Positions 9,963 through 23,355 of a DNA stretch of 64,000 bases are shown here, in pieces. The notes under the pieces were generated by a model, which saw nothing but the letters and a program-made list of their open reading frames with translations, made no database searches and was not told the origin of the DNA. The first letter of the stretch is position 1; the number at the start of each line of letters is the position of its first letter. The translations under genes and the position numbers were made by a program. The DNA is from Camelus dromedarius (taxonomy: Eukaryota): contig NC_087437.1 in assembly GCF_036321535.1 (NCBI RefSeq), positions 116,004,001-116,068,000 on the forward strand. Reading direction: 5' to 3'.

Positions 9963-12819
9963 GGTGAAGTGCATTTGTAATGAAAGTAGAATGAATCTAT
10001 TTTGCATGTAGACAGTAGACATTTGTCCAAACTTTAAAAGAAATTATACATTGAAAAATGACTTTTCTTTAACCATGAAAAGGGGCTGTCTTTCCTTCCT
10101 GAAAAGTACTTGTCAAGGACAGAAGCCTGTCTTAAGTTAACTCACTGTGGACATAAAACCGGACACTTTGCTAACGACAGGAAGTGAGAAAAGGACGGTG
10201 TCCTGGCTGAAGCTGCTGTGGTTGTGGGCGCTCACACGCACGCGCGCGGGAATCCCAGGCCGTGTTGCAGGGGCCGGGGCCGTGATTCCTCGTCAGGCCT
10301 CCCCTCTTCTCCCTGTTTGTCCTCTTCTCTTCATTCTTCCCCTTTCTTTTCCTTATGTACCTCTCATATTCCCTTTTTCTGCTCTGTCCTTCTCTCATGT
10401 TTACCCCTTGCCTCTTGGTAGCTACATTTATTCATTTGAGAGTTTGAAAGAAGGTAAGAAAAAAAATAGTTTGTAACCTCAAAGTCCTTCTTTATGCTGG
10501 AAATATCTGTCCTTGTTCAAAAATAGCCATGAAATTTGGTCTGTGTGAGGGCAGAGGGAAGCGTCTGTGGGGCGGCCGCAGGCTGCTGCTCTCCATCCCA
10601 GAGACTTTCTGGCATGTTCCATGGCCATGGCCTCCATCAGGACACCTAGGCCCCAATTCTTTTATTATTCTCAAACCCTGATGTAAATTTGATGGATTTT
10701 ACTACAGTATAGAAAATGAAAATCTAAATATTTTATTTTTCCTATTTACTCAGTTGCTACCATTTACATTCACAGCTAAAGAGCTAATTTTGGAGTTGAC
10801 TGGGTGTGACACAATTCAAAATAACCTGAGTGTCCACGATTCTCATCATCCCAGCATGAGGCCAGGTGGAAGGCCTGTTACCCAAAACGCTATGCAAGGA
10901 GACCAGTTACTGAGAAGAACGTAAGTATATGTTAGGTATGATCGTGTGAATATCAGCCCACGTCTGGTGATTCTCAAACGTGGTCGTGTTAATGTCAAAC
11001 ACTCACATGTGGCATGTGCTTGAGGCATAACAGCAACCATGTCACATTGTCTTGAAACTGCTGGGTTTTCTTCCCATCGTCTTTCCTTAAGTGTGTCCAG
11101 AGTCCTGCACATCATTTTCGGTTTCCAGAGTGTCCACCCTGAAACTGACTTTCCTCCTCCTTTTGCATTTACTGAGCACACACAGCTGATCAACCTGAAC
11201 TTTACTGAGTGGCTGGGGCAGGAGTATTCAGCACCCACTGTGCTAGCTGTCTTCTCAGGCACCAAATGTCTGATCAGGAGACAAGTCACGTGAAGCCAGA
11301 AGTTGGGAGGACATCCTGCATCTCCCAGCTCTTCACTCCAAGTCCCGTTGTTCCTTGATGTGGTTGATGCCTCAGTATAAGGGGGGCACTGGGACTGGGT
11401 TGGACAAAAGGGTCAAGTTTGGACTTAAAGTCTAAATAGCTGGGCTGGAATAATTATGACAACTCTGTATAAGCTCTTTATATTTTAGTCTTATTTAATA
11501 TTCTGATTTAATAATTTAATTTTATTTAATGAACACCCTTATGAGGTAGGCTCCAGTATTATAATAAGCAGACCTCAGGCAAGTCAGAGATTGGGAACCA
11601 GACAATGCTAGAAGTATGAGTCTGGGGAAACTGGGCAGAAAGGAACAAGGCACTGCTTTACATCTACAGTATCTGGGTTCATGAGCCAAAGGATCAGAGA
11701 ACCGTCAGGAAGAAGTGTGCTTGAGGGGGAGCCCAGCAGTGCGCTCTGAGGGCCACTAGCAATGGCCCACCATGGGTGGCTTCTAAGAGTGGAGCAGGGG
11801 GGCTGCTTCCCAAGGTGAACCTGACTGATGCAAGGCTAGATAGTGAAATCAGCAGGCCATTAACTCATCCAAGGGTGGCTAAGATTCGAAGGGTTATGCA
11901 CACAGTCTCAGGTTCCAGGGGAATCAAACTTCCCAGGTCTTCTCACAATTCTGATGGGAGCCATCCTGGGACTCCAGCTGACACTTCTGCCAGTCATGGG
12001 TCAATGATCAAGCAGACACTGGTTTCTGCACCTGTTTTCCATCTCAGTACGTTACTGCAGAGCCCGGAGCTGACGTCCTCAGCATTTTCTCAGCACTGAG
12101 AATTAGCTGAAGCTTTAGGGAAGAATCATACTGTCTATTCTGTTTGATGATGATGCTGTACTCTTTGTTGATCAAGATATTACATTTCTAAGAATTATGT
12201 GTTTGTGTAGCTGCTTTTTTTTTTTTTTTCTGGATTGTCTAGGGAGGTCATGACAAGTCTGTGGCATCACATCCCCTGTTCTTATAGTCATCTGGATGAC
12301 GTGACTAAATGGTGATATCACTCTGACTCAGCCTCGGAAATTTTATCAACAGAAAACTCTGGGCAGCCACTTCCTGTTGATTGTAATAAAATCCACCTGC
12401 CACCTTCTGTTCTGGAGAAGGTGATGACAAGATTTGAATAGGCAGGAGTTGACTTTTTAAAAAATGTTGGCTTGCAATGGCTCCTTGGGCTATAGCGTTT
12501 GAACCATTAATTGTCAGTAGATACTTTTTCAGTGTGGGGAGCATGGTTTGTTGAACATCTTATTCCTGCCAATTGTTCTTTTTCCTAGAACATCCTTTGC
12601 CTCCAGAGCTGTTCTCATTTTTTATGGAGAGAAGGTCATGGAGCTGGCTTAAGTTCAGGTTAGGAGGTTATCACTCTGCTGTGGCTGGCGTGGGAGGAGT
12701 GGCTCACTTCACCCTCGCACCTTTTTCCAGTGTTGTGTTGTGAGATCCAGCCGATTCCTACCTTCAGTGCTTTTGTCCTCAACCCCAACTGTAGGAGATT
12801 CAGAATCAACTATAATACT

Positions 12820-13040
12820 ATTATAATAGCACTTCTGTGGTAGTCATTATGCTAAGTGCTTCCAATCCATTTTCTCTCTTAGTCTTCACAGCAACCTTAC
12901 CAGGTAGGTAATTGTAGTATCTCATTGAAGAGATGTAGAAACAGAGGCTTAGAGAGGTTAAGGAACTCGCCCAGGGTTACACAATAAGCAGCAGAGGCAG
13001 AATTGGAACTCAGGTTCATCTGATTCCAACGTCCATGATT
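12820..13040 (-). mobile_element. MIR SINE
   Basis: TCTTCACAGCAACCTT...AGGTAGG...GAAACAGAGGCTTAGAGAGGTTAAGGAACTCGCCCAGGGTTACACA is the antisense MIR core. Confidence 0.85.
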
Positions 13041-14540
13041 TGTCCTATGATCTTGATCCAGCTTGTTTGAAAAGCACAGCCCTTGTGCTTGGGAGGAGAC
13101 TGGGTGAGGGCATCACCCACGTGATAGGCCTGCTCAGACAGCCTGTTCTCCTGAGTCCTCCTGCAAGTGACGTCCCAAGGATGGTCCAGGATGTCACCTC
13201 CTGGCTGGGTTAGAACCAGTTCAAATACACTGAACCAGAACAAGAGGAGGACCTAACAGGTGAGTTTTGTGCAGCAGAGGTGGGTGCATAGCAGAAACGC
13301 AACACAAGAAAGCCCTGTTGTGCTCTCTCTGAGGCACACTCCTTTTGTTCTATTTCATGGTGAAGAAATGGGTTTTGGTGGGGAGGGACTGGAAGAACTG
13401 AGGGTGGCTGTGAAGGGGATTAAGAAATTTAAAGCTAGATCTAGTTTGGGCTGGGTTTTGGAATTCAAGAGTTAACAGAGGCTGAATTTGGGAAAAGTTG
13501 TCCTCTCATTTTTGCTCAAAATACTGTCTTCTTGTTTGTGTCTATGAGTGTTAAAAAAAAAATCAGTGCGAAGTTACCAGTGTTAATATTCATAACAAAA
13601 GTTGATATCTGTGAGGCTCTAATGGTCCAGGCTCCTCTTTTTTATTCTTAACATCAATTTAACACCCTCAGAGAAGTTATTAGACTCATTCTCCTTTGCC
13701 ATTGCTGTCATAATAGGAATAAATGCCTCTGGCTGTAAATTCAGCTTTTTAAAACACAGAGCATCAGCAAGACTCTGCTGTAAACCATCCCAAATACCGT
13801 GTGATCACTGCCTTGGCCAAGAAATGAATATTAATAAGCCTATGTCTCAGCCGTTGGTTCAAATGCCGTGGGCTTCAGGCAGAATTACTTCTAATGGCCT
13901 GAATCGTAAACTTAGGTTGGAGGTGAATAATTTTATTCAAAACCTCATCACAGGGATTGTAAGAAGCATTCTTTATTCAGGATGTGTTGACAGACTGATA
14001 AAGGGCTCAGGCACAAGTCCTATTTCCTGTGCGATAACCATCAGCATCTGATCCTTGGTCTGGTGGCAGAGGGGCTGGTGTGTCCACGGGATAGGAGAAC
14101 TGTCAGGGAGAAACAGGTTTAAACCATCTTGATCTTGCTGTGGCCTCTGACTTTGGAAAAGCCCTTCAGAGTGAGCTGGACGGGGTGTCATGCCTTCGTC
14201 CCCAGCCGGCACTTTGAACCCAGAAAGCCGGTTAATGTGCAGCCTGGTGGCCTCAGCCTAGCATTAGGTGCCCACACACTTCTTCTGGGCTGTACCTGAT
14301 TATTTTTAAGCCTAAAATTGTTAAAAAAAAAACACCTTAGTAGAATTTCCAGTACACCGAGTCTAGGCAACGGTGAGAATGTTCTCTACTCTAAATAATA
14401 TAATTCAACATTCAGATGTGGCTACATTCATTGCAGTCCTAAGCTTGAGAAATGAGTCTTCTGCATTTCACCGTATTTCTCAAGTGTTTGGCTGGGTATC
14501 GGTAGCCGTCCTACAGTTTTGGGATGGTGGATGTAGGTGG

Positions 14541-15054
14541 TGTGAATGAAAAATATTGCCAACCATATCAGTAAACAAAGGATGCTGCGGCCATCAAGTC
14601 ATCCGCCGCTACCACTATCCCCTTGACAGTGAGCGGAGGGAACTCAGGATGCAGACAAGCAGGCAGCCGGCCTCTGCAGCCACTGCCAACTGTGTCCCCC
14701 CCTCCCCAGGGGACTCAGGATGTGGAGGAACAGGACACTGGTCCTCGACAGCCAGGTGCACATCAAAGGAGTGATTTCATAGAGCCCAGAGCTTTGCTCC
14801 TTCCCATGCATAGAAAAGCGCTGAATTCCTTAAATTTATGTACCTGGTTTTATTTAATTAGCAGTAATCTTTTGATGTTCCAACTACCTGGTCTTGGTTG
14901 CAAAAACTCACATATCCTGGTTTCTACCTTGCCACTTTGAAACAGCCTCTTAGAGTGATCTGAGATGCTGTGTCCCGGGCTCGGGTCCCAAGGAAATCTG
15001 CCAAATAAAACATAACTCTCAACTTTTAGATTGTGCATTTTATTTCAGCTGACA
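14541..15054 (+). mobile_element. Complete ERV1-type solo LTR (514 bp)
   Basis: TG...CA termini; 4-bp TSD GTGG/ATGG with one mismatch; AATAAA at 15004-15009; TATA-like CATAGAAAAG near 14809. Confidence 0.8.
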
Positions 15055-16329
15055 ATGGTTTTGTCCATCCCCCCCCTCCCACGACGGTGGCTGCTTCAAA
15101 TGGGAGATGCCCTGATGTTTTGCTTTGAACCTGGTCCTACAGCTCCATTATCCTTTGTCAGCTGGTTGCGCCGCAGAGCCTTCTCCGTTCTTCGGGATGC
15201 TCTGTCTTAATAAGGGAAACGCCAGCACCTCCTTCTTAAGCATCCCGGAAACCTTATGTGTTTCCATATTGCAGAGTGTGTCGATTATCTTCAGAAGAAA
15301 GGACTCACACATCTCGAGGTCACTTCAGTACAACCCCGACAGTTTGCTGGTAACAGAGAGAGGAAAACACTCACCACTTGTGCTACAAAGATTCAGGAGG
15401 TTTGGAACAAGGAAAGGAACGGAGCGAGGGTCTCCTGGCTCACCAAGCCACGTCCTGTATGGTCTGGGTCCTCGGAGCAGCATGTGTCAAGATGGGGTTA
15501 AAGGCACACGGATTTTCTTAGGGGAAACTACAGTGTGAGAGAGAATGGAGAGGGAATCTGTGCAAGCTGGGAGGATGCATCCTGGGCTGCACTGTGGCAG
15601 TCTCTGGAAGGTTCCCCCTGTGTATCCTAGGAACAAGCCTGCCTGGGTCGTTGGCTGGAGCAGCCCAGGGCAAGCGCAGCCTCGTGCAAACATGGTGATG
15701 ATGGATTTCAAAGTGCATCACCTGGAGGCCTTGGTCAAAGTCTCCCTGCAGCTGGAGGTCCGCGGGGGGCCTTCCAGGGGCTGCCCTGGTCTGCTTCTTG
15801 GGGCTTCGGTCTCCTTCTTTGAAAACACAGAGCTTTTTTTCATTAAATATCTACGTTTCTCAGATGCTGGCCACAAAGGGTGGCCAGAGGGAAACAGAGG
15901 AGGGGCCATGTGCCCACAGGCTGGAGGTGCTTCCTGGGCCAGCCTCTCTGCCCCCTCCAGCCTCTCACAGGCTTCCCAGCAGGTGGGCGGCAGACAGCCC
16001 CGGCCCGCAGACCACAAATCCCGGTGGCCTTCTTGTGTGTTCAGTCCCACGGGGTTGGTCAGGATCAGGCTGTGGCTGAGCCCCGGCTGTTGGCAGCTCC
16101 GTCCTTCAGGCAGGGCTGGTGGCCTCTTCTCCAGAGAGTTGTTCTGCTCCCGGGACCAGGCCCAGGTAGGCACATTCTCTCACGCTTCTCTGCCAAGTTT
16201 GCAACGGGAGGGAACCGACACTCACACCCGGGTTTAGGGAAAGTGAGGGTCCCACCTGCCACTTCCATCTCGGGCCTGCTTGAGTCCGCTCTGCACCTGC
16301 TGGCTGCGGGGCCAGGGGCACGATGTCCA

Positions 16330-16468
16330 AGCTCTCTGTGCCTCAGTCCTTATTCGTAAACAGGGAGACTAACAGCAGTTATTAATTATCATGGATGTTT
16401 CAAGGGTTGAGTGTGAGAACACAGGCAAGCCCGGAGCACAGCGCTCAATGCATGTCAGCTGTTATTAG
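16330..16468 (+). mobile_element. MIR fragment
   Basis: CTCTCTGTGCCTCAGT...GTAAACAGGG...GCTCAATGCATGTCAGCTGTTATTA. Confidence 0.7.
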
Positions 16469-16902
16469 GCTGAACCACTTCGACTTGCTGTTTCTCTAAG
16501 TCAAAAGTCATTGAATTTTGGCAGTTTCCATTGATTGAACTGAGAATTATCATCGGACAAAGCTTCTGGGGTTGGTAATTCCCTTCCCATCTGTGGGAGG
16601 CTTGCTTGCCAAGCAGAGCAGCTGGTGTGGGCGGCTTCTGCCTTCTTGTCAGGACTCAGAACGTCTTCCTCCAAAACGCGTTAACTCTGAGAGAAGGCAG
16701 GTCTTAGGTGGGAAAAGTTGGCTCCGTCTCATCTGTCCTCACCTCCTCTTCATGGTGATCAGTGTTCACAGGGATGACCTTGGACTACAGGAGGCCGCCC
16801 CGAGGTGGGCGATCTGCCTGTGAGGGAAGACAGCTCTTTCCCTGCTCACAGAGCAGAGCCAGGTGCATCAGGGTGATGCCTGCCACCGCAAACGTTTGTC
16901 CT

Positions 16903-17377
16903 TGTGTCAGTCAGGGTTCTCCAGAGAAGCAGAATCATAAGACACATATGTATCTCGAGAGATCTGTTACAAGGAATTGACTCATATAGTCACAGAAGTT
17001 TAGCAGTCCCATGGTCTGCAAGCTGGGGGCTCAGGAAAACCAGTGGATAGTTCCAGCCCGAGCTCAGAGGTCTGAGAACCAGGAAGCCAGTGGTGTAAGT
17101 CCCAGTCCCAGTCTGTGGGCAGAAGATGGATGTCCCAGCTCATCAATCAGGGAGAAAGAGAGAATTCTTTCTTCCTCTGTCTTCTTGGTCTCTTCAGGCC
17201 TGCAAGGATGACATAACACCCACCCACCTTGGGAAGGGCAAATGTTTTACTTAGTCTGCTGATTCAAATGCTCACCTCATTCAGAACACCCTTACTGACA
17301 CCTTCAGGAATAACTTTAACCAGCTGTCTGGGAATCCCATGGCCCAGTCAGGTTGACACACAAAATTCGCCATCACA
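16903..17377 (-). mobile_element. MLT2B-like ERVL solo LTR, near full length
   Basis: Begins TGTGTCAGTCAGGGTTCTCCAGAGAAGCAGAA and ends CCCAGTCAGGTTGACACACAAAATTCGCCATCACA; TG...CA termini. Confidence 0.85.
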
Positions 17378-19779
17378 GTACAGATAGATTTACCTGCAGT
17401 GATCTTGATTCAGTAAAAGCCTATCTTTGTAGAAATGGCCTGCCTTCCGGGGGACCTTGGGAATCCTTCAGAGCCAACCATGGACTGAGAGGTGCTCGTT
17501 CTGAGAACGCACTTGGGTTAGGTCCTGCATTATGAGGGAGGAAGGGTCCTCACACAGTGGACTGAGATTCCTGTCCTCACCTCTGCTGGAATGCCTAAAG
17601 TCACAGGTAGTCCTTGAGGTCGAGACATTCATTTCCCAAAGCCACTGTTAAAAGGAACTTGGTTGGAACACAGTCCTGGAGAGCTGTAGCCTCAGCTCCA
17701 CGGGGAAGTGGCTGAAATTAATAAAAGCACGAATGGGGTGATCAATGTAGGTGGAGAACCAAATGGATTCCTGTGGATATTGATTGATTTGAATCTAAAA
17801 ATCAGTGAAAGATTTCCTTTTAGTACACAGGGAGACAAGCAAGCCAGTTACTTTTTAGGATGGTATTTTATTGTACATTTAATGAATTCCTGACATCTCT
17901 TGTGTAACTTACACCTTGCGGTTTGGAAGGTGGGATCTCTGAGCTTGTCCACTGCAGGGAATTCCCTGCCTGCTGAAAGCCAGGTTGTAGCAGGACTTTC
18001 AACCTCGGAGAGGGGACAGGTGACTGAGGGAGAATAAGGCTGTGACCAGTCCTAGCCTCACGTTCCGCTTAGTCACAACGTGGGCCAAAAGAAGGCGACC
18101 CCTCCCACCTGGGGCTAAAATAAAACTTGGTGAGAGTAGACGGAACAGACTAAGATAAACTAACAGCCGGACCTAGTTCCCTGACACCCCAAAAGGATGT
18201 TTTGCTTTTCAGTCGCACCTCCTTACTCCCTAAGAATCAGACAGCAATTCCTTTCTGCTTTGCATCTCAAGCCGGGGTGGGATACGATACTTTTTTTCTA
18301 TCAAAAGCTGGGGTCTGGAGGCAATTCTATTTATGGAATAAAACTTGGACACTAATGAGCTCCACACGATGGGATACTGAATCAAAATTTCAGTTGTCTG
18401 CTCAAGCTTGAAGCCTCAGGCCTAGGCAGACCTCTGTCTCCCTCTCTCCCCCACCTCCCCTCTCTGTCTCTGTCTCTCCCTCTCTCCCCCTCCTTTTGCT
18501 CCTCCTCACGCATCACTTTTTTTTCTCTGTGTGTCTTTATTTTTCCCCTTAGGGAAAGTGTCATTTGTGGCCACAGCCCTTGTCTTTGAATCACGTACTT
18601 TAAGAGAACATGTGTGTGCTATCCTTTTCGTGATTGAGATCCTGTTTTTAGCTCCTTGAACATCAGTGAAGGTATCTCGATACAGATGGTCACTTGGGGA
18701 GGGGCTGGATGGGAGAGAGGAATTCCCACTGTATGAGGAAACAGCAATTTTTCCTCAAGTTCTTTGTCTCTGCTCGTATCTGTGCCCGACATAAAGCAAA
18801 GCACACAACCAGCCATCACTCCTGCAGACCCCCTCCTGCTGGCGCACACAGGGGTTCGTTGCTTTACAGCGTCTGTGTCTGTGTTGATGTCTCACGTGGT
18901 GGCCCCTTAGGAGTGCAGGGACGGCAAATATTTAACCCGGCACACTGGGCTCAGGTATTCCGGAGCAAATCTCTAGTCACTCTTCCTTATGCACACTCAG
19001 GGGCCATTCCTCTGCAGCCCTCTATGATGCTAAATTTATTTTCTCATCTCTTTAGCCAAAACACCTTTCAGCAAATTTACAATGTCCCTTTTATAGAATC
19101 TTGGAAGAAAGGAGCTATGAATTAGGAGGGTGCTTTCTGTCTTGCGTAAACTATCAGCCTAGGACTCATTTACATGCTTGCCTGACCTCTAGTCCTTAAG
19201 AAAAGATCAAATTCATGCCTTACAGGGGCAATAAAAGTTTATTCTTCCTTACATGTGTGCCTCTTCGTGTTATTTTTCTCGAGTGAAGTTTAGATTTGTA
19301 CTTTGTATTAGCTGGAAGCTGAAACTATTGTTACAGAAGAAACACTATTAATGAAATAAAGGGATTCCTCTAGTGTTAGATATTGTTATTAACAGCAGAC
19401 CAGTTGTGGATCAGTGTCAGCTACTGGTTCGTAAAGTGTGAGCTTTTTCTCTTTACTCTCACCTTCCTTTCTTTTTCTTCCTCCACCCCGTCCTGCCTCC
19501 TTCTACATTTGTTTTTCTGAAAGAGTCAGATATATATTTCAGATAAAATGCTGAACCGCCCAGGAAGGTTTCAGGTATTACCCATCATTTTAGATGGAGG
19601 CATTACCTGTCAAGAATTGTATTGCTTACATGCAGAAACTGACTCATGCGGTGCCATTCTGTGACCTCGCAGCTGGGTCAGCACACTGGCTTCCTCATCT
19701 GATATCCCTGCCGTCGGTTTTCCTGCCCTGTGAGTCAGCAAGCTCACAGCAGTGTTACATTGCCTAAATGATCAGTTTT

Positions 19780-20120
19780 ATGAAAATCTCAAAGCCTCCT
19801 TCAGGGGAATCCTCACTACTTAAAGGGCAAAGTCCGAAGTCTTCCTTTCTGTCTAAGACTTGCCATGACAGACTCCCACATCCTTGTCTAATCTGCTGCA
19901 AAGCTGTCCTGAAGGAGGAGGGGGTCCACACTGCTCTCGCCCCCAAGGACATGTCTAAGTCCAGACGTCCGTGACACTCTTCCGCTCCTGGAGTGCCTTC
20001 GAGCCACACTCTTCCTATCCTCTCACCAAAGGTTTGGCCCCAGATTCCCTTTGCTTGGAAAGCCTTTCCTCATAGCTTCTCTTCACACTGAGTCTCACTT
20101 TCTTGAAATTCCTTCAGTGT
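19780..20120 (+). mobile_element. LINE-2 fragment
   Basis: GGGCAAAGTCCGAAGTCTTCC and TTCCCTTTGCTTGGAAAGCCTTTCCTC are L2-like motifs. Confidence 0.5.
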
Positions 20121-20679
20121 TGATTACTTAAAATGCCCTCAGGTTTGGGAGCTCAAAACATGCATACCCAAAACATCTATGCCCACCTGCCACCATCCGT
20201 GTGGACCTTGACCTGCCTTTTCTCTTCTGCTGTTTTCATCAGTGTGCTCGCTGTTCCAGGAAATTCTTCCCCAGGAAACCAAACATTGCAAATAACTCTA
20301 TTTGCAAGGAGTTCAGAAACTTCTTTTAAAAAACATCTAAATTGACATGAAACTCTTAGACTTTTTCATAGATAGCCTCAAACAACTCTTTACTCTCCGA
20401 GACCTTATGAAATCTTCCTTTCAAAACCGTCCCTTTGCTGTGGCAACTGATCCTAAACTCTCCTATGATGGTCATTTCCCCAGTCCTAATTAACACTCCC
20501 CTGCCTTGAAAGGTTTCCCTCACACCAACACTACATCTCATCAGTATCCCTGACTTTGCTGTCTCCTCTCCTAAATTCTGCTCAGACCCTGTCGTGATGC
20601 TGTAAGCGACACACTCAGCTTTGTGTTCTTAGCAGGCTGTTTGGTGATGCCTGGGGGGAGTCAGGACTCAGCGGGTACA

Positions 20680-21093
20680 GTGTGAACCCCTCTCTGTGGT
20701 CTCCCTGCACACGCAGGGTGGACTTGCAGCCAGAATTTGGTTTGGGTGTTGAGACTGGTGAGACCCCACACACCGAGAGGGTGTGAAGGGTTTATTACTC
20801 ACATAGGGAGGCTCTCTGGGGACAGAGAGCAGCCTTCCAAGCAGGTCTGACAAAGGCTTAGGAAAGCAAAGCGTGCCCATGGCTGTGATGGTGGTTGGGG
20901 GCTGGGGCTGGAGTGAGGGTGCCCTTTGATGAGCTAGGACTTGCCTGGTTTGTACTTCCCCCTGGTGCCAGAGAACGGAACCCTGGGACTTTCTTAGCTG
21001 CCCAGATGTGGGGCAGAAGGGAGACGGGGTGTGATGGGGTTTAAACTCTGTCAAGAGTCAAATGCCAAAAATGGAGTCAGATTCTATATTACA
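20680..21093 (-). mobile_element. MER54/MER74-like ERVL LTR
   Basis: Minus strand starts TGTAATATAGAATCTGACTCCATTTTTG...CTGCCCCACATCTGGGCA; antisense AATAAA near 20790. Confidence 0.65.
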
Positions 21094-21279
21094 CCCCTAC
21101 TCATTCCCGTTCCCCCCACCTCTCCCCTTCAGCTTCCGAAGAACCCCATGAGGACTCTACCTACACATGCAAAAGGCACTGAGGGAAGACAGGCATTAAA
21201 AGTTGTTATACTCAACATTCATAAGAACTCAGTAGGAACACTAGTACGTAGTACTAATTATAAAAACGAACCACTAAAC

Positions 21280-21955
21280 TGCCGTGGTGTACAGACCCTA
21301 GGGGGACCCCCATTGACCTGCTTTCTGGTATTCATGCCCTTTGTATGATCCCATTCTCCTGAGTGTAAGTGGAACCTACAACCTCTAGAAAATGGCAAAG
21401 GTCAAAGTACTTTGCAGATGCCTTTAAAATCTGCAAATAAATAAAATCAAATAAAAATTTTGATTGTGAGTTAATCGAAAGGGAGTTTATCATTAGTGAG
21501 TCTGACAATCAGTGGAAACACTTAAAAGAGAGGCTAAGCCCTTCCCTGGAGAGAAGGCGCCTCCCCTCGCTGGCTGGAAGAAGTAAGATGCCTGGTTGTG
21601 AGAGAGTTGCTGGAGAGGACCGCCCGCCAGGGAGCCAGGCAGGGCGGGCTGTGGGAGCGTGGAGCTGAGGCTGCCCCCCGGCAGAACTTCAGCAGGAAAT
21701 TAGGGAGCTCGGCCCTACAGCTGCACGGAGATAGTTTTGCCAACAAGCTGGTGAACGTGGAAGTGGATTCTTCCCAGCCAAGCCTCCTGATGAGGATCCA
21801 CCCCAGCTGGCATCTTGGTTTCCGCCTGATGAGAACCCTGTGCAGAAGACCCAACTCAGCCGTGCCTGAAGTCTTGATCCACAGAAATGTGAGCTCACAA
21901 ATATGTGTTGTTTAGAGCCGTGATCACTTGTTAAGCAACAATAGATAACTGATAT
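21280..21955 (+). mobile_element. MLT1E/F-like MaLR LTR
   Basis: TGGTATTCATGCCCTTTGTATGATCCC...GAGTGT; GGAAGTGGATTCTTCCCAG; ends GCAACAATAGATAACTGAT. Confidence 0.8.
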
Positions 21956-22989
21956 GTACGTGTTAAGGTAATAGTTTATCCTCTCAAGATAAAGCATGGA
22001 AACGTACTCTCTCAAATTGCCTTAAGAATGTTAAGGGCAGCGAGTATACTTCGTGTATTTACAAGAGTGACGTTATTACACAAAAGTGGGTTGAGCTACT
22101 GTTTCAGTACCTCGTGCATCTCACTTTCTGAAGAATACTGTCTCTCCTGACCAGGTTTCCCATTGCTGTCCAAGTGCTCGTTACCCTCCCTGTGGGGTAG
22201 GCAGGCAGCTGGGAGCGCCAGGACGCCTGACTTGGTTCACAGATGTCACAAACGTTATCTCCCTGTAGTGGGAAGAATCTTTAATTACACACTGACTGTT
22301 GGATCCCTGCCAGTCTTACGACTTTCCAAATTACCTGCATCAGAACACAACCCCTAAGAACCATTTCCAGGTATACGGCACCATAAAACATCATCTAAAT
22401 TAATGTGGTGAACAGCTTCATGCCTGTAGCTGAATATTTGGTAGCTAACATTTGTGCAACTCATGACTACCCGCTCCGTGTGTTTAGACAGCTTCTCGCT
22501 CATTTCTCCCTGTAATGAGCATTTTATTTAGATGTGGGCCTTTCTCTGCTCTCTGGCCCGGCCCCCCAGGCAGAAGCGGGGCAGTCACTTACTGTGTAAC
22601 TTGTTTACGGGGTGGATGACTAGCCTGTGGCTGCCTTCCAGGTTGCCGAAGGCAGTGACTATGTATTCTGGAATAAGTCACAGCTAATAGTTTTTCTTTC
22701 TCGTAAGACCCTCTCTAAATAGCAAGCCCTTCCTCTATCCAATTCTTTTGTAGTTTTCAAGGACAACACCACCCTCATCAGTCTTCCCAGCGCTATCATG
22801 ATGGATTCTACGTGAAAACACAGCTGAAAGCTTCCTTTGCCTACTGAGAATTTGACACATTCCTACTCTCGTTCACAGGTTCATTTCTAGAGAAGGGACA
22901 GAGCAGAATACATGTTCAATAAAATCATGAGCGGGCCAAAGCGTGCTCTTTTCGTGACAACCTGTTCTCTGTAGGAATCCCGTGGACAC

Positions 22990-23355
22990 GTGCCAGTTCG
23001 CTAGGGCTGCCGTGAGAAAACATCACAGCAGAACTAATTTTCCTCATAGTTCTAGAGGCTGGAAGTTCAAGACCAAGGCCTGAGCAGGTCCTTCTTCCGA
23101 GGCATCTCTCCCTGGTACCTGCCCTCCTCGCTGCGTTCCCACACGGTCTTTCCTCTGTGTCTGTGCGTGTCTGTGTCCTAGCCTCCTTTCCTCATAAAGA
23201 CACTAGTCGTATTGGGTTAGGACCCACTCTAACGACTTTGTTTTACCTTATTTTCCTCTTCAGGACCCTTTCTCCAAATACAGTTACATTTTGAGCTACT
23301 GGGGGTTAGGATTTCAACATGTGAATTTGGGAGGAACACAGTTCAGCCCATAGCA
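22990..23355 (-). mobile_element. MLT1A/B-like MaLR LTR
   Basis: AGGGCTGCCGT...TCATAGTTCTAGAGGCTGGAAGTTCAAGA...GGATTTCAACATGTGAATTTGGGAGGAACACAGTTCAGCCCATAGCA. Confidence 0.85.

Noticed and set aside
15545..16359. 230-aa ORF and overlapping ORFs in several frames
   Set aside because: GC-rich sequence open in many frames, no recognisable domain, and the 3' end runs into a MIR; most likely chance
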